From assembly GCA_043808705.1 (NCBI GenBank), contig JAZDEO010000028.1:2703-66702 (forward strand): a stretch of DNA of 64,000 nt, in the 5' to 3' direction. The position numbers and the translations under genes are program-made. The DNA comes from an archaeon. Its GTDB lineage: Archaea > Nanobdellota > Nanobdellia > SCGC-AAA011-G17 > GW2011-AR20. How positions within the stretch are numbered: the first letter of the stretch is position 1; each line of letters starts with the position of its first letter. Of this stretch, positions 36,775 through 46,236 are shown one piece after another. The notes below the pieces were generated by a model, which saw only the letters and a list, made by a program, of their open reading frames with translations, searched no databases and was not told the DNA's origin.

Positions 36775-38193
36775 ATGTCCTTAAAAAATATTGTTAATGG
36801 AATAAAACATAAAGCAAAGATAGCTGCATTTACAGGACTGGCTGCTTTGGTGTTAGCAGGAACTCCTAAAAAAAGTGATGCTCAAATGCTTTATGGATAT
36901 GTTACTGATGTTATAACAGGACAAGGGATTCCTGATATGAAGGTAATAAATGATGGTGTAGATTCAACTGTTACAGATATTGACGGATATTATAATTTAT
37001 TTGTGACTTATGCTCCTCCTGTTGGTCCTCCAATCATACATCCACAGCTTATAAGGGGAAGATTAATTGATGTATTTAATATTAGGGGAAGTAAAGTTGG
37101 AACACTAAATGAAGGACAAGGATTAGAGGACTTTATAAGAGATAGAGGATTAGCCTTTTCAAATATATATATTTTAAGAACACCTGTACATGATTATTTT
37201 TCTAAGGGTTTTGCAAATCAGCTTGTTGTTATGTTAAATAATAGTGTTGTTGGAACAGGAAAAGAATCTTATACTATTAGAACTGTAAATGCAGATCAGA
37301 ATAATTTTGTTGTTAATTCATCTAGTACAAACCAGAACGCTTTAAGGAATAATAGGAGTAATTATAATGGTCTTAGAGGAAATAGAAGTCTAGATGAAAC
37401 TATTCCTTTATTAATATTCAGAGATGAATCTGATACAACTGATGGAAAATATTGGGACATTGAAAGACAAAATTTTGAAATTTCAGGAGATTCTGCTCAT
37501 AATGAAGAGATGGTTCCAACTTGGATGACTCATATTAGCAATCCTTTTGATTCTACTTTTGTGGATTATAATTACTGGGCAACTATCTTAGATTTTGACC
37601 CAGTTGACCCCACTAATTATGATTTCAATAGTTGGAAATATTGGGATTATGATTCTATAGGAGTTTATGTTCCTCAAGAACCACCTGGTTCAACTCATGA
37701 TTATCAACAACTAGTCATAAATTCTTTAATGGGAAAAACTTCACAAGGAGATCCTTATGATGGATGGAATACTGGAGTAGCTGACTTAAACAGAGCTAAT
37801 AATTATCCTGTATTTTTTATTGCTCCTGACTGCACTTATGTTATTAATAATGGTGGAGCTTTTGTTCAATATTTTCCTACTGCATCATTCAATGCTCACG
37901 TTACTACACTTAGAGGACCCCCTTCACCTTTAAAGAGAATAGAATTTAATTTAGGTTACTTTAATTCAAAATCAGATTCTATTTTTTTAGAAATATCTGC
38001 TCATGAATTTGGTCATGTACAAGGATTAGCAGAAGCATATGATAATGTATATTCTGATAGAATAATGTATGGTAATGTAGGTAATCCTCTCTTCTATACG
38101 GGTGATGGAACAATAGATGATTATTCAAAAAGCGTAGCTACTATAATACGTAACAGAACAGACAATAATTATGGAATTATTAAAAAAAAGTAA
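36775..38193 (+). CDS. secreted HExxH zinc metalloprotease (paralog 1)
   Basis: Start MSLKNIVNG… at the ATG at 36775 (the track's 36766 is a TTG start). Signal peptide; ISAHEFGHVQGL zinc motif near the C-terminus. Confidence 0.6.
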   Translation: MSLKNIVNGIKHKAKIAAFTGLAALVLAGTPKKSDAQMLYGYVTDVITGQGIPDMKVINDGVDSTVTDIDGYYNLFVTYAPPVGPPIIHPQLIRGRLIDVFNIRGSKVGTLNEGQGLEDFIRDRGLAFSNIYILRTPVHDYFSKGFANQLVVMLNNSVVGTGKESYTIRTVNADQNNFVVNSSSTNQNALRNNRSNYNGLRGNRSLDETIPLLIFRDESDTTDGKYWDIERQNFEISGDSAHNEEMVPTWMTHISNPFDSTFVDYNYWATILDFDPVDPTNYDFNSWKYWDYDSIGVYVPQEPPGSTHDYQQLVINSLMGKTSQGDPYDGWNTGVADLNRANNYPVFFIAPDCTYVINNGGAFVQYFPTASFNAHVTTLRGPPSPLKRIEFNLGYFNSKSDSIFLEISAHEFGHVQGLAEAYDNVYSDRIMYGNVGNPLFYTGDGTIDDYSKSVATIIRNRTDNNYGIIKKK

Positions 38194-38278
38194 ATTAATA
38201 AATTTATAGAAGGATAAACTTAATCTTATTTTTTAAAAGCAAATTTTTCTGAAAAAAATCTATTCCAAAGTTCTTTCC

Positions 38279-38389
38279 TTAGTTTTCTATTTTTTTAAAT
38301 TTATCATTACCACAAACACATTCAAATATAGGAATATCTCCGTTTTTTACTTCATAACTTATCTTACATCTTTTGCATATGAATTCCAT
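38279..38389 (-). CDS. 36-aa zinc-ribbon mini-protein (CxxC…CxC)
   Basis: MEFICKRCKISYEVKNGDIPIFECVCGNDKFKKIEN read from the reverse strand; below the track's length cut-off. Confidence 0.3.
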   Translation of the reverse strand: MEFICKRCKISYEVKNGDIPIFECVCGNDKFKKIEN

Positions 38390-38429
38390 AGATAAGAGTA
38401 TTACAAACTTATTAATAGAACCTCTTATA

Positions 38430-38484
38430 GGTAAATTTTGTCAAAAACAATAATTTTTTATATTTGATTGTATTTTGACAAAAT
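38430..38484 (+). promoter_or_regulatory. Inverted repeat TTTTGTCAAAA…TTTTGACAAAA bracketing the TATA-like box of the Lrp/AsnC gene (candidate autoregulatory operator)
   Basis: Two 11-bp half-sites 41 bp apart immediately upstream of ATG 38485. Confidence 0.4.
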
Positions 38485-39489
38485 ATGATCAAATTAGACC
38501 TAAAGGATAAGAAGATATTGTATTTATTAAATAAAGATTGTAGGTTATCAGACACAAAGATAGCAAAGTTCGCAAATTTATCAAAACAAGTGGTTAATTA
38601 TAGGATAAACAGGTTTATTGAGTCAGGGATTATTGATAAGTTCATAGCAATTATAGACACGGAAAAGCTAGGTTATAGTTTTTATAATGTATATCTAGAA
38701 TTGGGTAGCTTATCAAAGGAAAAAGAACAAAATCTGATAAGTAAATTTATAGATGATCCCTCAACAACTTGGGTTATCTCTGGTTTAGGTAGGTGGAATT
38801 TTATAGTCTGCATACTAGCAAAGAATACAAAAGAATTTAATAAAAGTCTTAATAAATTATTTTTATATTCTGGAAAAGATTTAATTGATTATGCTACATT
38901 TACTGTTGTGGAGGCTTTTACATATCCTTATAGAATATTGTTTAAAGATATAGACTTAAGATATACCCCTACTTATATGGGGTCTAAATCTGATAATAAA
39001 GACTTAAACAGATTAGATTTAAACATATTAGATACAATTTCAAATAACGCTAGAATGAAATTAATTGATATATCTAAGAAGTTAAAAGAACAACCAAATT
39101 TAATAAACTACAGATTAAAAAATTTGATATCAAAAAAGTATATAGCTTCTCTTACAACATTAATGAACTTATCTAAACTAAACATTGGTTGGTATTATGT
39201 TTTTCTAAAGGTAAATTATCATAGCGAGGATGAAGAAAAAAATTTAACCTCTTATCTAAAATCTTTAGATAATGTGTTTTATATTATTAAAGGCGTAGGT
39301 AATTATAACTTGGCTTTTGAGATTCATGCTGAAGACACACAAAGATTTAAAGATATTCTAGAAGATATCAAAGAAAAATACAAACCAATAATTAGAAAAG
39401 TAGATACATTACAAATATTGAAAGAATACAAATGCAATTTTTTCCCAAAAACAATACTGGAGGATGAAAATGGAAGTAATAAAATATGA
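38485..39489 (+). CDS. tandem-duplicated Lrp/AsnC-family transcriptional regulator (2× HTH_AsnC + 2× RAM-like)
   Basis: Two HTH_AsnC-like segments: DKKILYLLNKDCRLSDTKIAKFANLSKQVVNYRINRF and LNILDTISNNARMKLIDISKKLKEQPNLINYRLKNL. Confidence 0.6.
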   Translation: MIKLDLKDKKILYLLNKDCRLSDTKIAKFANLSKQVVNYRINRFIESGIIDKFIAIIDTEKLGYSFYNVYLELGSLSKEKEQNLISKFIDDPSTTWVISGLGRWNFIVCILAKNTKEFNKSLNKLFLYSGKDLIDYATFTVVEAFTYPYRILFKDIDLRYTPTYMGSKSDNKDLNRLDLNILDTISNNARMKLIDISKKLKEQPNLINYRLKNLISKKYIASLTTLMNLSKLNIGWYYVFLKVNYHSEDEEKNLTSYLKSLDNVFYIIKGVGNYNLAFEIHAEDTQRFKDILEDIKEKYKPIIRKVDTLQILKEYKCNFFPKTILEDENGSNKI

Positions 39490-39844
39490 AGAATTAAAAT
39501 GGAATTTTTTAGAAAAAGAAAATGTAGAAGTTGGTTTTATTGATAAATTGATATTTAATAATAGATTTGATGTTATTCACGCAAGAATAAAACCTAATGA
39601 AAGATTAAACAAACATTTTCATAACAGACCAGATAATGGAGAAGAGATTTTTTGTTTCTTTAAAGGGGGTCATTTTAAACTGTTATCAGAAAAGGAAGAA
39701 AGAGAATTTAACACAAAAAACGTTTTGTTTATACATTTTAACTCTAAAGAAATTCATGGTGTTCAGAATTTATCAAATAAAGCTTTAGAATTTCAAGTGT
39801 GGTGTTCCCCTCCATTTAAACCAGGAGAGGTAAAGGTATTATAA
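39464..39844 (+). CDS. cupin-domain small protein
   Basis: …EIHGVQNLSNKALEFQVWCSPPF… cupin-like beta-barrel pattern. Confidence 0.35.
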   Translation: MKMEVIKYEELKWNFLEKENVEVGFIDKLIFNNRFDVIHARIKPNERLNKHFHNRPDNGEEIFCFFKGGHFKLLSEKEEREFNTKNVLFIHFNSKEIHGVQNLSNKALEFQVWCSPPFKPGEVKVL

Positions 39845-39865
39845 TTTTTTTAGTAATTTTTTACT

Positions 39866-40261
39866 TTATACTCTTACTTTAATAACCTCCAACTCTTTCG
39901 GATAATGTTTAATCTTCTCTTCAAATTCCTCATCTGTTTCACTGCATAGTATTTCATATACAACTCCTTCAGTAATATCAAATACATCACATCTACATCC
40001 ATTATCAAAGATAGCTTCTGTAATGAACTTATGATTCTTATTCATTAGTTCTATACAAACATCTAGTTTCTTCATAATATGTTGTTTGCTTTCGGACAAG
40101 CTAAATCTCAAGTTATTGATATGACTTCCACTTCTATTGGAAAATCTGATTAAGCTTAGATTATTGCTTACTAGAAAGAGCTTTTCCTTATATCTGTTAA
40201 AGGCTCTTATCTTACATCTTAACTGGCTTTGTTTCATCTTGTTTATATTCATTATAACCAC
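39866..40261 (-). CDS. hypothetical protein, duplicated family (paralog of 46395-46823); possible nuclease-like fold
   Basis: Strongly similar to 46395-46823 (CRCDVFDITEG…YEILCSETDEEFEEKIK). Conserved SD-sequestering hairpin at the 5' end. Confidence 0.4.
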   Translation of the reverse strand: MVIMNINKMKQSQLRCKIRAFNRYKEKLFLVSNNLSLIRFSNRSGSHINNLRFSLSESKQHIMKKLDVCIELMNKNHKFITEAIFDNGCRCDVFDITEGVVYEILCSETDEEFEEKIKHYPKELEVIKVRV

Positions 40262-40285
40262 CTCAAAAAAATAAATAGGTGGTTA
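40250..40285 (-). promoter_or_regulatory. Conserved 10-bp stem hairpin (ATAACCACCT…AGGTGGTTAT) sequestering the Shine-Dalgarno of the 39866 gene
   Basis: On the coding strand AUAACCACCU-loop-AGGUGGUUAUAAUG; same structure at 46785-46820. Confidence 0.5.
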
Positions 40286-40365
40286 TCTTTTCAGGCACAA
40301 TGTAAATTTTGGAGCCATATTCTTTTAATGGCATGACCTTTCTTTCAGAAAGGGAAAAGAATAAT

Positions 40366-40390
40366 GAGCGAGAAAATTATGTGCCTAAGC
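40366..40390 (+). repeat. Repeat A, copy 3
   Basis: GAGCGAGAAAATTATGTGCCTAAGC. Confidence 0.7.
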
Positions 40391-40453
40391 TGTCTGTCTG
40401 GTTAAACTTAAAACAATAAACTTTTAAATATGTAAATTACTATATAATCCAAG

Positions 40454-40744
40454 ATGAAAACCAATATTGAAAAAATAAAATTGAAGGCCTTACCTATACT
40501 AAAAAAACATAATATAGCTAAAGCCGGGATATTTGGCTCTTTTGTTAGAGGTGAAAACAATAAAAATAGCGATGTAGATATTTTAGTAGAGATAAAAGAC
40601 AAAAAAATGAGTCTACTTGGATTTATACACATAAAGCATGAACTTGAAGATGCCTTAGGAAAAAAAATAGATTTGGTTGAGTATAAAATGATAAGACCCG
40701 AGATTAAAAATAATGTTCTAGAAGAGGAAATAAGAATAATATGA
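40454..40744 (+). CDS. minimal nucleotidyltransferase (MNT)
   Basis: GIFGSFVRGENNKNSDVDILVEI. Confidence 0.8.
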   Translation: MKTNIEKIKLKALPILKKHNIAKAGIFGSFVRGENNKNSDVDILVEIKDKKMSLLGFIHIKHELEDALGKKIDLVEYKMIRPEIKNNVLEEEIRII

Positions 40745-41043
40745 AAAACAAAATTTTAAATTCAAAATTTATTATAAAAAAAATTGAAGAGAATAAATAT
40801 AATATTCATAAGTATAGTGTAAAAAAGATAGGTCTGTTTGGTTCTTATTTGAAAAATAATCCAAATAAAAGAAGTGATATAGACTTCATTGTAAGATTAG
40901 ATAAACCCACTTTCGATAATTATATGGAATTAAAATTTTTACTTGAAAAACTGTTCCATAAAAAGGTTGATTTAGTCACTGAAGAAAGCTTAAAACCGGC
41001 ATTAGAATACATAAAAGAGGGTGCCTTATATGCAAAAATATAA
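40741..41043 (+). CDS. second minimal nucleotidyltransferase (MNT)
   Basis: GLFGSYLKNNPNKRSDIDFIVRLD. Confidence 0.7.
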   Translation: MKNKILNSKFIIKKIEENKYNIHKYSVKKIGLFGSYLKNNPNKRSDIDFIVRLDKPTFDNYMELKFLLEKLFHKKVDLVTEESLKPALEYIKEGALYAKI

Positions 41044-41389
41044 AGTTTATTTAGACGATATAATTGAGTCTATAAAAAGAATAGAGAAATATACTAAAAA
41101 TGTATCCTATGAAAATTTTATCAAAAATAAACTATTAATAGACGGAACTGTCAGAAATCTGGAAATTGTAGGTGAAGCAGTAAAAAGAATATCTGAAGAT
41201 ATAAAGAAAAAATATCCAGATGTAGAATGGAAAAAGATTGCAGGACTTAGAGACATACTTATTCATGAATATTCTGGAATTAATCTAAAAATTGTTTGGG
41301 ACGTAATTACTAATAATTTACCTAAACTAAAGAAGAATATTAAAAAAATTCTAAAAGATTTAAAAGAAAAAAATTCTAACCAAACTTAA
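41021..41389 (+). CDS. HEPN (DUF86) toxin-type protein
   Basis: RDILIHEYSGINLKIVWDVI Rx4-6H motif. Confidence 0.8.
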   Translation: MPYMQKYKVYLDDIIESIKRIEKYTKNVSYENFIKNKLLIDGTVRNLEIVGEAVKRISEDIKKKYPDVEWKKIAGLRDILIHEYSGINLKIVWDVITNNLPKLKKNIKKILKDLKEKNSNQT

Positions 41390-41390
41390 T

Positions 41391-41474
41391 AAGAAAATTA
41401 TGTGCCTAAGCTAGTAAAATATCGTCGTTAAAAAGCGACTCCAAAAAGAGGAGCTTTTTGCTTTAAAGAAAAAA
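41391..41474. repeat. Partial repeat A fused to repeat B (copy 2), followed by repeat C copy 2 at 41478-41550
   Basis: AAGAAAATTATGTGCCTAAGC then TAGTAAAATATCGTCGTTAAAAAGCGACTCC…. Confidence 0.6.
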
Positions 41475-41582
41475 GTAAAATTTTGTACATAACTTAAAGA
41501 TAAAAATTTAAAGTAAGAAACCAAGGTTTCTTCAAAACTTCCTTTGTAGATGTTTAATATTAATTTTGAAATAAAAAAGGTT

Positions 41583-42827
41583 TTATTCATTTATAAATTT
41601 GCTTAGGTAATTATATCCGGTAATATTCCAATCATATTGTAAGGTATTAATCTTTATAGCTTCTATTTCTTCTGGAGCAAAATCAGAAGCTTGTACAGGA
41701 GAATGACTAATGTAATTAGGATCCAAACTATGACCAAACATTCCTAAACTATGTGTCATTTCATGACAGAAAGTTCTATATATATTAACAGAACTAGGAA
41801 AATTATTCTTTAGATTTACAACTCCACCAAGTAAATGACTACTAGGCATATTAGGAGCAAAAGAACTACCACCAGATTGAGTATAATTTAAACTAATATT
41901 AGCACTATCAGAGGTACTAACTTCTCTAAATAAATCTAATCCTGTTTTCTGATTCATACTGTCTAGAGCAGCCCTTTCTGTATTAATGTAAAGTTGCCAG
42001 TTGCTTCCACAATATTGTTGAGCCTGTTGTGGATCTAAAAAAACTCTTTGAGGATAAGGAGTTAAAGGATTGTTAGGATATTCTCCATAGTTAACAAAAC
42101 AATCGATTTCAGCAGTTAGGTCATTAATCAATTCTTTTATATCACCATAATACTGAGTATTAATAGGAATATAAGGAATTAATCTAACATTCTTTGTTAC
42201 AGCACTATCAATAGCAATAGTATCAACAAAATCATAAAAACTTCCAATGAATTCAGGAATATTATCATCACTCACATTAAATATATAATCTGTGTCTGTT
42301 CCATTAACTTTTTTAACACCAGCTTTTGAAGAATTATTAGTATTATTAACAAAATTTAAACTCATAATTGGCTGATATATTACATTATATTGGATATTTC
42401 CTCTTATTACATTATTTTGATTAAGAACTATTATTCTTTGAATGCCTTCTCCTATATTATCATTTCTTTGTATAAAATATATGCCTGAGCTTAAATCATT
42501 TACTTTATTTTCTAATGTATTTTCTTCAAACCTTTTAACTCTTCTACCCATTGTATCAAAGATTTCATATCTTATCTGTCTTCCTGCCTGGGGATGTAGT
42601 ATAGGGCTTATAGGAACAGATGTACCTGGAATCTGATAAAATCCATCCAAGTCAGTATAGTCCTGCCCTAATCCAGGAACATCAACCATGGCATCTACTA
42701 TAGGATCTCTAGGATAACTTCCAGAACTATTAATATGACCTTCTATTGATTGAGAATTGGCTGTATTTAATCCTACTAATAAAGACAAGCCAGCTATTCC
42801 CAGTTTTAGTTTGTTTAATAAGGACAT
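41583..42827 (-). CDS. secreted HExxH zinc metalloprotease (paralog 2)
   Basis: MSLLNKLKL… signal peptide; CHEMTHSLGMFGH zinc motif. LSSGIYFIQRND segment resembles a Por/T9SS sorting-domain beta-strand. Confidence 0.55.
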   Translation of the reverse strand: MSLLNKLKLGIAGLSLLVGLNTANSQSIEGHINSSGSYPRDPIVDAMVDVPGLGQDYTDLDGFYQIPGTSVPISPILHPQAGRQIRYEIFDTMGRRVKRFEENTLENKVNDLSSGIYFIQRNDNIGEGIQRIIVLNQNNVIRGNIQYNVIYQPIMSLNFVNNTNNSSKAGVKKVNGTDTDYIFNVSDDNIPEFIGSFYDFVDTIAIDSAVTKNVRLIPYIPINTQYYGDIKELINDLTAEIDCFVNYGEYPNNPLTPYPQRVFLDPQQAQQYCGSNWQLYINTERAALDSMNQKTGLDLFREVSTSDSANISLNYTQSGGSSFAPNMPSSHLLGGVVNLKNNFPSSVNIYRTFCHEMTHSLGMFGHSLDPNYISHSPVQASDFAPEEIEAIKINTLQYDWNITGYNYLSKFINE

Positions 42828-42883
42828 TTTAGGTCAAATTGAGATTGTTAAAATTATAGTTTGAATTAAAATTGTGTTTTATT

Positions 42884-44173
42884 TTACTCTTCAACAAAAT
42901 TATATAAATATCCTGGTCCAGTTACATAGTAAGGATACTGTAGTACATGATTTTGCATTGTTTCTATTTCTTCTGGTTGGAAGTCAAAAGCCTGTACAGG
43001 AGCATAAGAAATATAATCAGGATCATCACTATGTCCTTCCATCCCTAGACCATGTATCCCTAGTTCATGACAGAAAGTTCTGTATATATTAATAAAATTA
43101 GGATAATTACTTTTTAAATTTAAAACTCCCCCAACAAAATAATAGTTCCCACCAATATTTTGATAATTAGGGCTCCAATTACTATTACCTGTTGTGATGT
43201 AATTTAAAGAAATGTTAGCACTATCTGGAGTGCTTACTTCTCTAAATAAATCTAATCCTGTTTTATTATTCATACTGTCTAGAGCAGCTCTTTCTGTATT
43301 AATGTAAAGTTGCCAGTTGCTTCCACAATACTGTTGAGCTTGTGGTGCATTTAAGTAAACTCTTTGAGGATAAGGAGTTAAAGAATTATTAGGATATTCT
43401 CCATAATTTACTATAAAACAGTTTCCACTTGGAAAGGTTTCTAAATCTTTGAATAAATCCAATAATTCATCATAATACTGTGTTCCAATTGTAAACTGAG
43501 GAATCAGTCTAACATCTTTAGTTATGGAAGTATCTACAGCTAGAGTATCTATATAATCATAAAAACTTCCAATGAATTCAGGGATATTATCATCAGAAAC
43601 TGTAAAAATATAATCTGTATCTGTTCCATTAACTTCTTTAACACCAGCTTTTGAAGAATTATTAGTATTATTAACAGAATTTAAACTCATAATTGGTTGA
43701 TATCTTACATTATATTGAATATTTCCTCTTATTACATTATTCTGATTAAGGACTATTATTCTTTGAATGCCTTCCCCTATATTATCATTTCTTTGTATAA
43801 AATATATGCCTGAGCTTAAATCATTTACTTTATTTTCTAAAGGGTCTCCTTCAAACCTTTTAATTACTCTACCCATTACATCAAAGATTTCATATCTTAT
43901 CTGTCTTCCTGCCTGTGGATGTATTATAGGACCTATAGGAACAGATGAGCCTGGAATTTCATAAAATCCATCCAAGTCAGTATAGTCCTGACCTAGTCCA
44001 GGAGCATCAACCATGGCATCTGCTATAGGATCTCTAGGATAACTTCCAGAATCATTAATATGACCTTCAATGGATTGAGCATTAGCTGTATTTAAATTAA
44101 AAGCTAAGGCTAGTCCTGTAACCAGTAATCCTATATTTGTTTTTGCTGATTTTAATCTGCTTTTTAAGGACAT
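42884..44173 (-). CDS. secreted HExxH zinc metalloprotease (paralog 3)
   Basis: MSLKSRLKS… signal; CHELGIHGLGMEGH; ~85% similar to paralog 2 over the N-terminal 200 aa. Confidence 0.55.
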   Translation of the reverse strand: MSLKSRLKSAKTNIGLLVTGLALAFNLNTANAQSIEGHINDSGSYPRDPIADAMVDAPGLGQDYTDLDGFYEIPGSSVPIGPIIHPQAGRQIRYEIFDVMGRVIKRFEGDPLENKVNDLSSGIYFIQRNDNIGEGIQRIIVLNQNNVIRGNIQYNVRYQPIMSLNSVNNTNNSSKAGVKEVNGTDTDYIFTVSDDNIPEFIGSFYDYIDTLAVDTSITKDVRLIPQFTIGTQYYDELLDLFKDLETFPSGNCFIVNYGEYPNNSLTPYPQRVYLNAPQAQQYCGSNWQLYINTERAALDSMNNKTGLDLFREVSTPDSANISLNYITTGNSNWSPNYQNIGGNYYFVGGVLNLKSNYPNFINIYRTFCHELGIHGLGMEGHSDDPDYISYAPVQAFDFQPEEIETMQNHVLQYPYYVTGPGYLYNFVEE

Positions 44174-44385
44174 TTTAACTCATTAAGCTATTATAAGTTT
44201 ATGTATTTAAATCTTTCTGTTACTACTATGTTGAGATAATTAATTTAAGTTAAGTCAAGGGGGCAAACTAGGGTTGCGGCACTCTTCTTGTAGTGTTCTT
44301 TGGTACTTTATCTTTTAAGAAACTCTTCAATATCATCAAATTTAATATTAACATAAGTCTTTAATTTATTTTTTGTAAATAGTTA

Positions 44386-45054
44386 TCATAAAAAGCTACA
44401 AGGAGAGACTTTATTTATGATATATTCAAAATCATAATTTTTTGATTGTGAAGGAAAAATACCTTCTTCTTTTTTATCTTTGTTTATTATTTTTTTAAGT
44501 CTTAAATTATAAATATTTCCATTATTTATTACAAAGTTGACAATGATTAAATCATTTTTTAACCACCCTCTCAAATAATATCCACAAGGAATAAATTCTT
44601 TTTTATTTATTACTATTTTTTCTTTGCTTGCGTGAAAGTTACCTGTAATAAATATGTTTATTTTTTTATTATCTAAATTTAAGTTTTCTTTAATCTCTCT
44701 ATACATAAGATAATCTCTATCCTTTATTTCATTTGGGTCAACACAAATAATCTTTAGATTAAAATCTAACAGACACTTTATTAAATATAAGTTTTCTTTG
44801 CTGTCTCTACCATCTTTATTAGAGTTTTTAAAGAAAGGCATCTTAAACAAATCATTTTCATTTATAGATTTTACATAATCATTGATATATTTCTGTTGAT
44901 CTTTTGGGATTTCTAAGAAAATTAAGTTTATATCATCTTTTAATAAAGTAATAATTTTTTGTATTATCAATGGGATTTCTTTTGTACCATGAATTTCACC
45001 AAATAAAAGAAGTTTCTTGTCTTTTACTCTTTTTAGTAAATAATTATATTCCAT
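44386..45054 (-). CDS. Tiki/TraB/ChaN-superfamily (GExH…GxxH) putative peptidase; likely start at the third in-frame Met
   Basis: LLFGEIHGTKE and ITGNFHASKE paired His motifs; the track ORF extends to 45126, overlapping the ATP-grasp 3' end. Confidence 0.4.
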   Translation of the reverse strand: MEYNYLLKRVKDKKLLLFGEIHGTKEIPLIIQKIITLLKDDINLIFLEIPKDQQKYINDYVKSINENDLFKMPFFKNSNKDGRDSKENLYLIKCLLDFNLKIICVDPNEIKDRDYLMYREIKENLNLDNKKINIFITGNFHASKEKIVINKKEFIPCGYYLRGWLKNDLIIVNFVINNGNIYNLRLKKIINKDKKEEGIFPSQSKNYDFEYIINKVSPCSFL

Positions 45055-45059
45055 TGTAC

Positions 45060-46025
45060 TTAAAGCAGGTTTTCTGCTACATCTTTTGTTAAATTGTAAC
45101 CCGATTTTAATTCTAACCATAACCACTGTCCATTTGGGTTAAGTTCCAAAAAAACGTATTTTCCATCTTTTGTAAATATAAAATCAAATTCCCCAAAGAA
45201 TAGATTATAATGCTTGATCATATCACTGCAAAAGGAAGAAACATTTATAGGTAAATCAACCAATTCATATCTTACATTTTTAAAGTCATATCTCCTAAAA
45301 TCTATTTTTGATAATTCTGAATCTTGAGAATGAATAGCAATACCAATAACTTTATTTTCTAAAGCTGTAATTCTTAATTCATATTCCTTTTTTATATAAG
45401 TCTGAAAAAGACTCGGATTGTTTTTAATAAGATGGGAATATTGCATATTCTCTTCATTTACAATATTATTGTAGGTTGTTAAATATTCTCCATTATCTTT
45501 TTTAACAAGAGCTGCCTTTTGCAGTTTATGGCAAATTTTATGATTCCTTTCTCTATGGACATTATAAAACTTAATAAATATTTCAGAATTATTTGTTAAA
45601 ATAGTTTCAGGTATATCTATACCGCCATAATTTTTAGCAAAACATAATTGATCTATTTTATTGTTTGCTGCAAAATTAGCCTGTGGTCTATTAACTACTT
45701 TCCCCTTATGTGTAAAAAGTAAACCTTCCCAAGTTCTTTTTGTTTCTGTAAAAATAATCTCTTCAAGTTCTTTTGGTGTATCTTTAGGTATCTCTGGATC
45801 CATAACTCTTCTGTTCCATATATTCCAACCTTCATCAATAGTTATTGTTTTGTCACTATTAGCAACAATATAAAGACCACTATTAGAATCAAAACTAATT
45901 CTATAATTCTCTATAAGTTTGTCTGTATTTATCCTAAAATACTCTATTTTTTTATCTTTAAAGAAATTACAAACCGATTCGGCGTGTAAGTCTTCTTCAT
46001 ATGTTAAAATTAATACTTTATTCAC
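45060..46025 (-). CDS. MdnC/MvdD-type RiPP ATP-grasp ligase (graspetide macrocyclase-like)
   Basis: N-terminus VLILTYEEDLHAESV…EYFRINTDKLI and C-terminus YVFLELNPNGQWLWLEL parallel the microviridin ligase pattern from memory (VLIVTFSRD…FRFDTDRFP…YIFLEINPVGEFFWLEL). Internal NIWNRRV and ELRITALENKVIGIAI blocks also match. Confidence 0.65.
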   Translation of the reverse strand: MNKVLILTYEEDLHAESVCNFFKDKKIEYFRINTDKLIENYRISFDSNSGLYIVANSDKTITIDEGWNIWNRRVMDPEIPKDTPKELEEIIFTETKRTWEGLLFTHKGKVVNRPQANFAANNKIDQLCFAKNYGGIDIPETILTNNSEIFIKFYNVHRERNHKICHKLQKAALVKKDNGEYLTTYNNIVNEENMQYSHLIKNNPSLFQTYIKKEYELRITALENKVIGIAIHSQDSELSKIDFRRYDFKNVRYELVDLPINVSSFCSDMIKHYNLFFGEFDFIFTKDGKYVFLELNPNGQWLWLELKSGYNLTKDVAENLL

Positions 46026-46047
46026 TTTATATATTTAAAATAAAAAA

Positions 46048-46236
46048 TTAAAAATCATCTATAACCGGAATCAACTTTATAGTACATGCTGTTGGTGTAA
46101 TTGCCATCTTATAATCTCCAGATATAACTGGTTTTTCTAGATACTGTTGGCAAAATAATGTATATTCTATGCATAAATTTTGATTCGAATTATTCGCTTT
46201 TACTCTTTCCTTTCCAACTATTGATTCTATTTCCAT
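46048..46236 (-). CDS. candidate graspetide precursor peptide (62 aa)
   Basis: Strong Shine-Dalgarno (GGAGGT) 6 nt upstream. Stop is 22 nt before the ligase start. C-terminal core TPTACTIKLIPVIDDF carries Thr/Lys donors and Asp/Asp acceptors. Leader segment YTLFCQQYL loosely resembles the PFFARFL recognition motif. Confidence 0.4.
   Translation of the reverse strand: MEIESIVGKERVKANNSNQNLCIEYTLFCQQYLEKPVISGDYKMAITPTACTIKLIPVIDDF

Noticed and set aside
44386-45126. Track start of the Tiki/TraB-like ORF at 45126, overlapping 66 nt of the ATP-grasp gene
   Set aside because: An in-frame Met at 45054 gives a 5-nt intergenic gap typical of coupled genes; the longer N-terminus is probably an ORF-finder extension.
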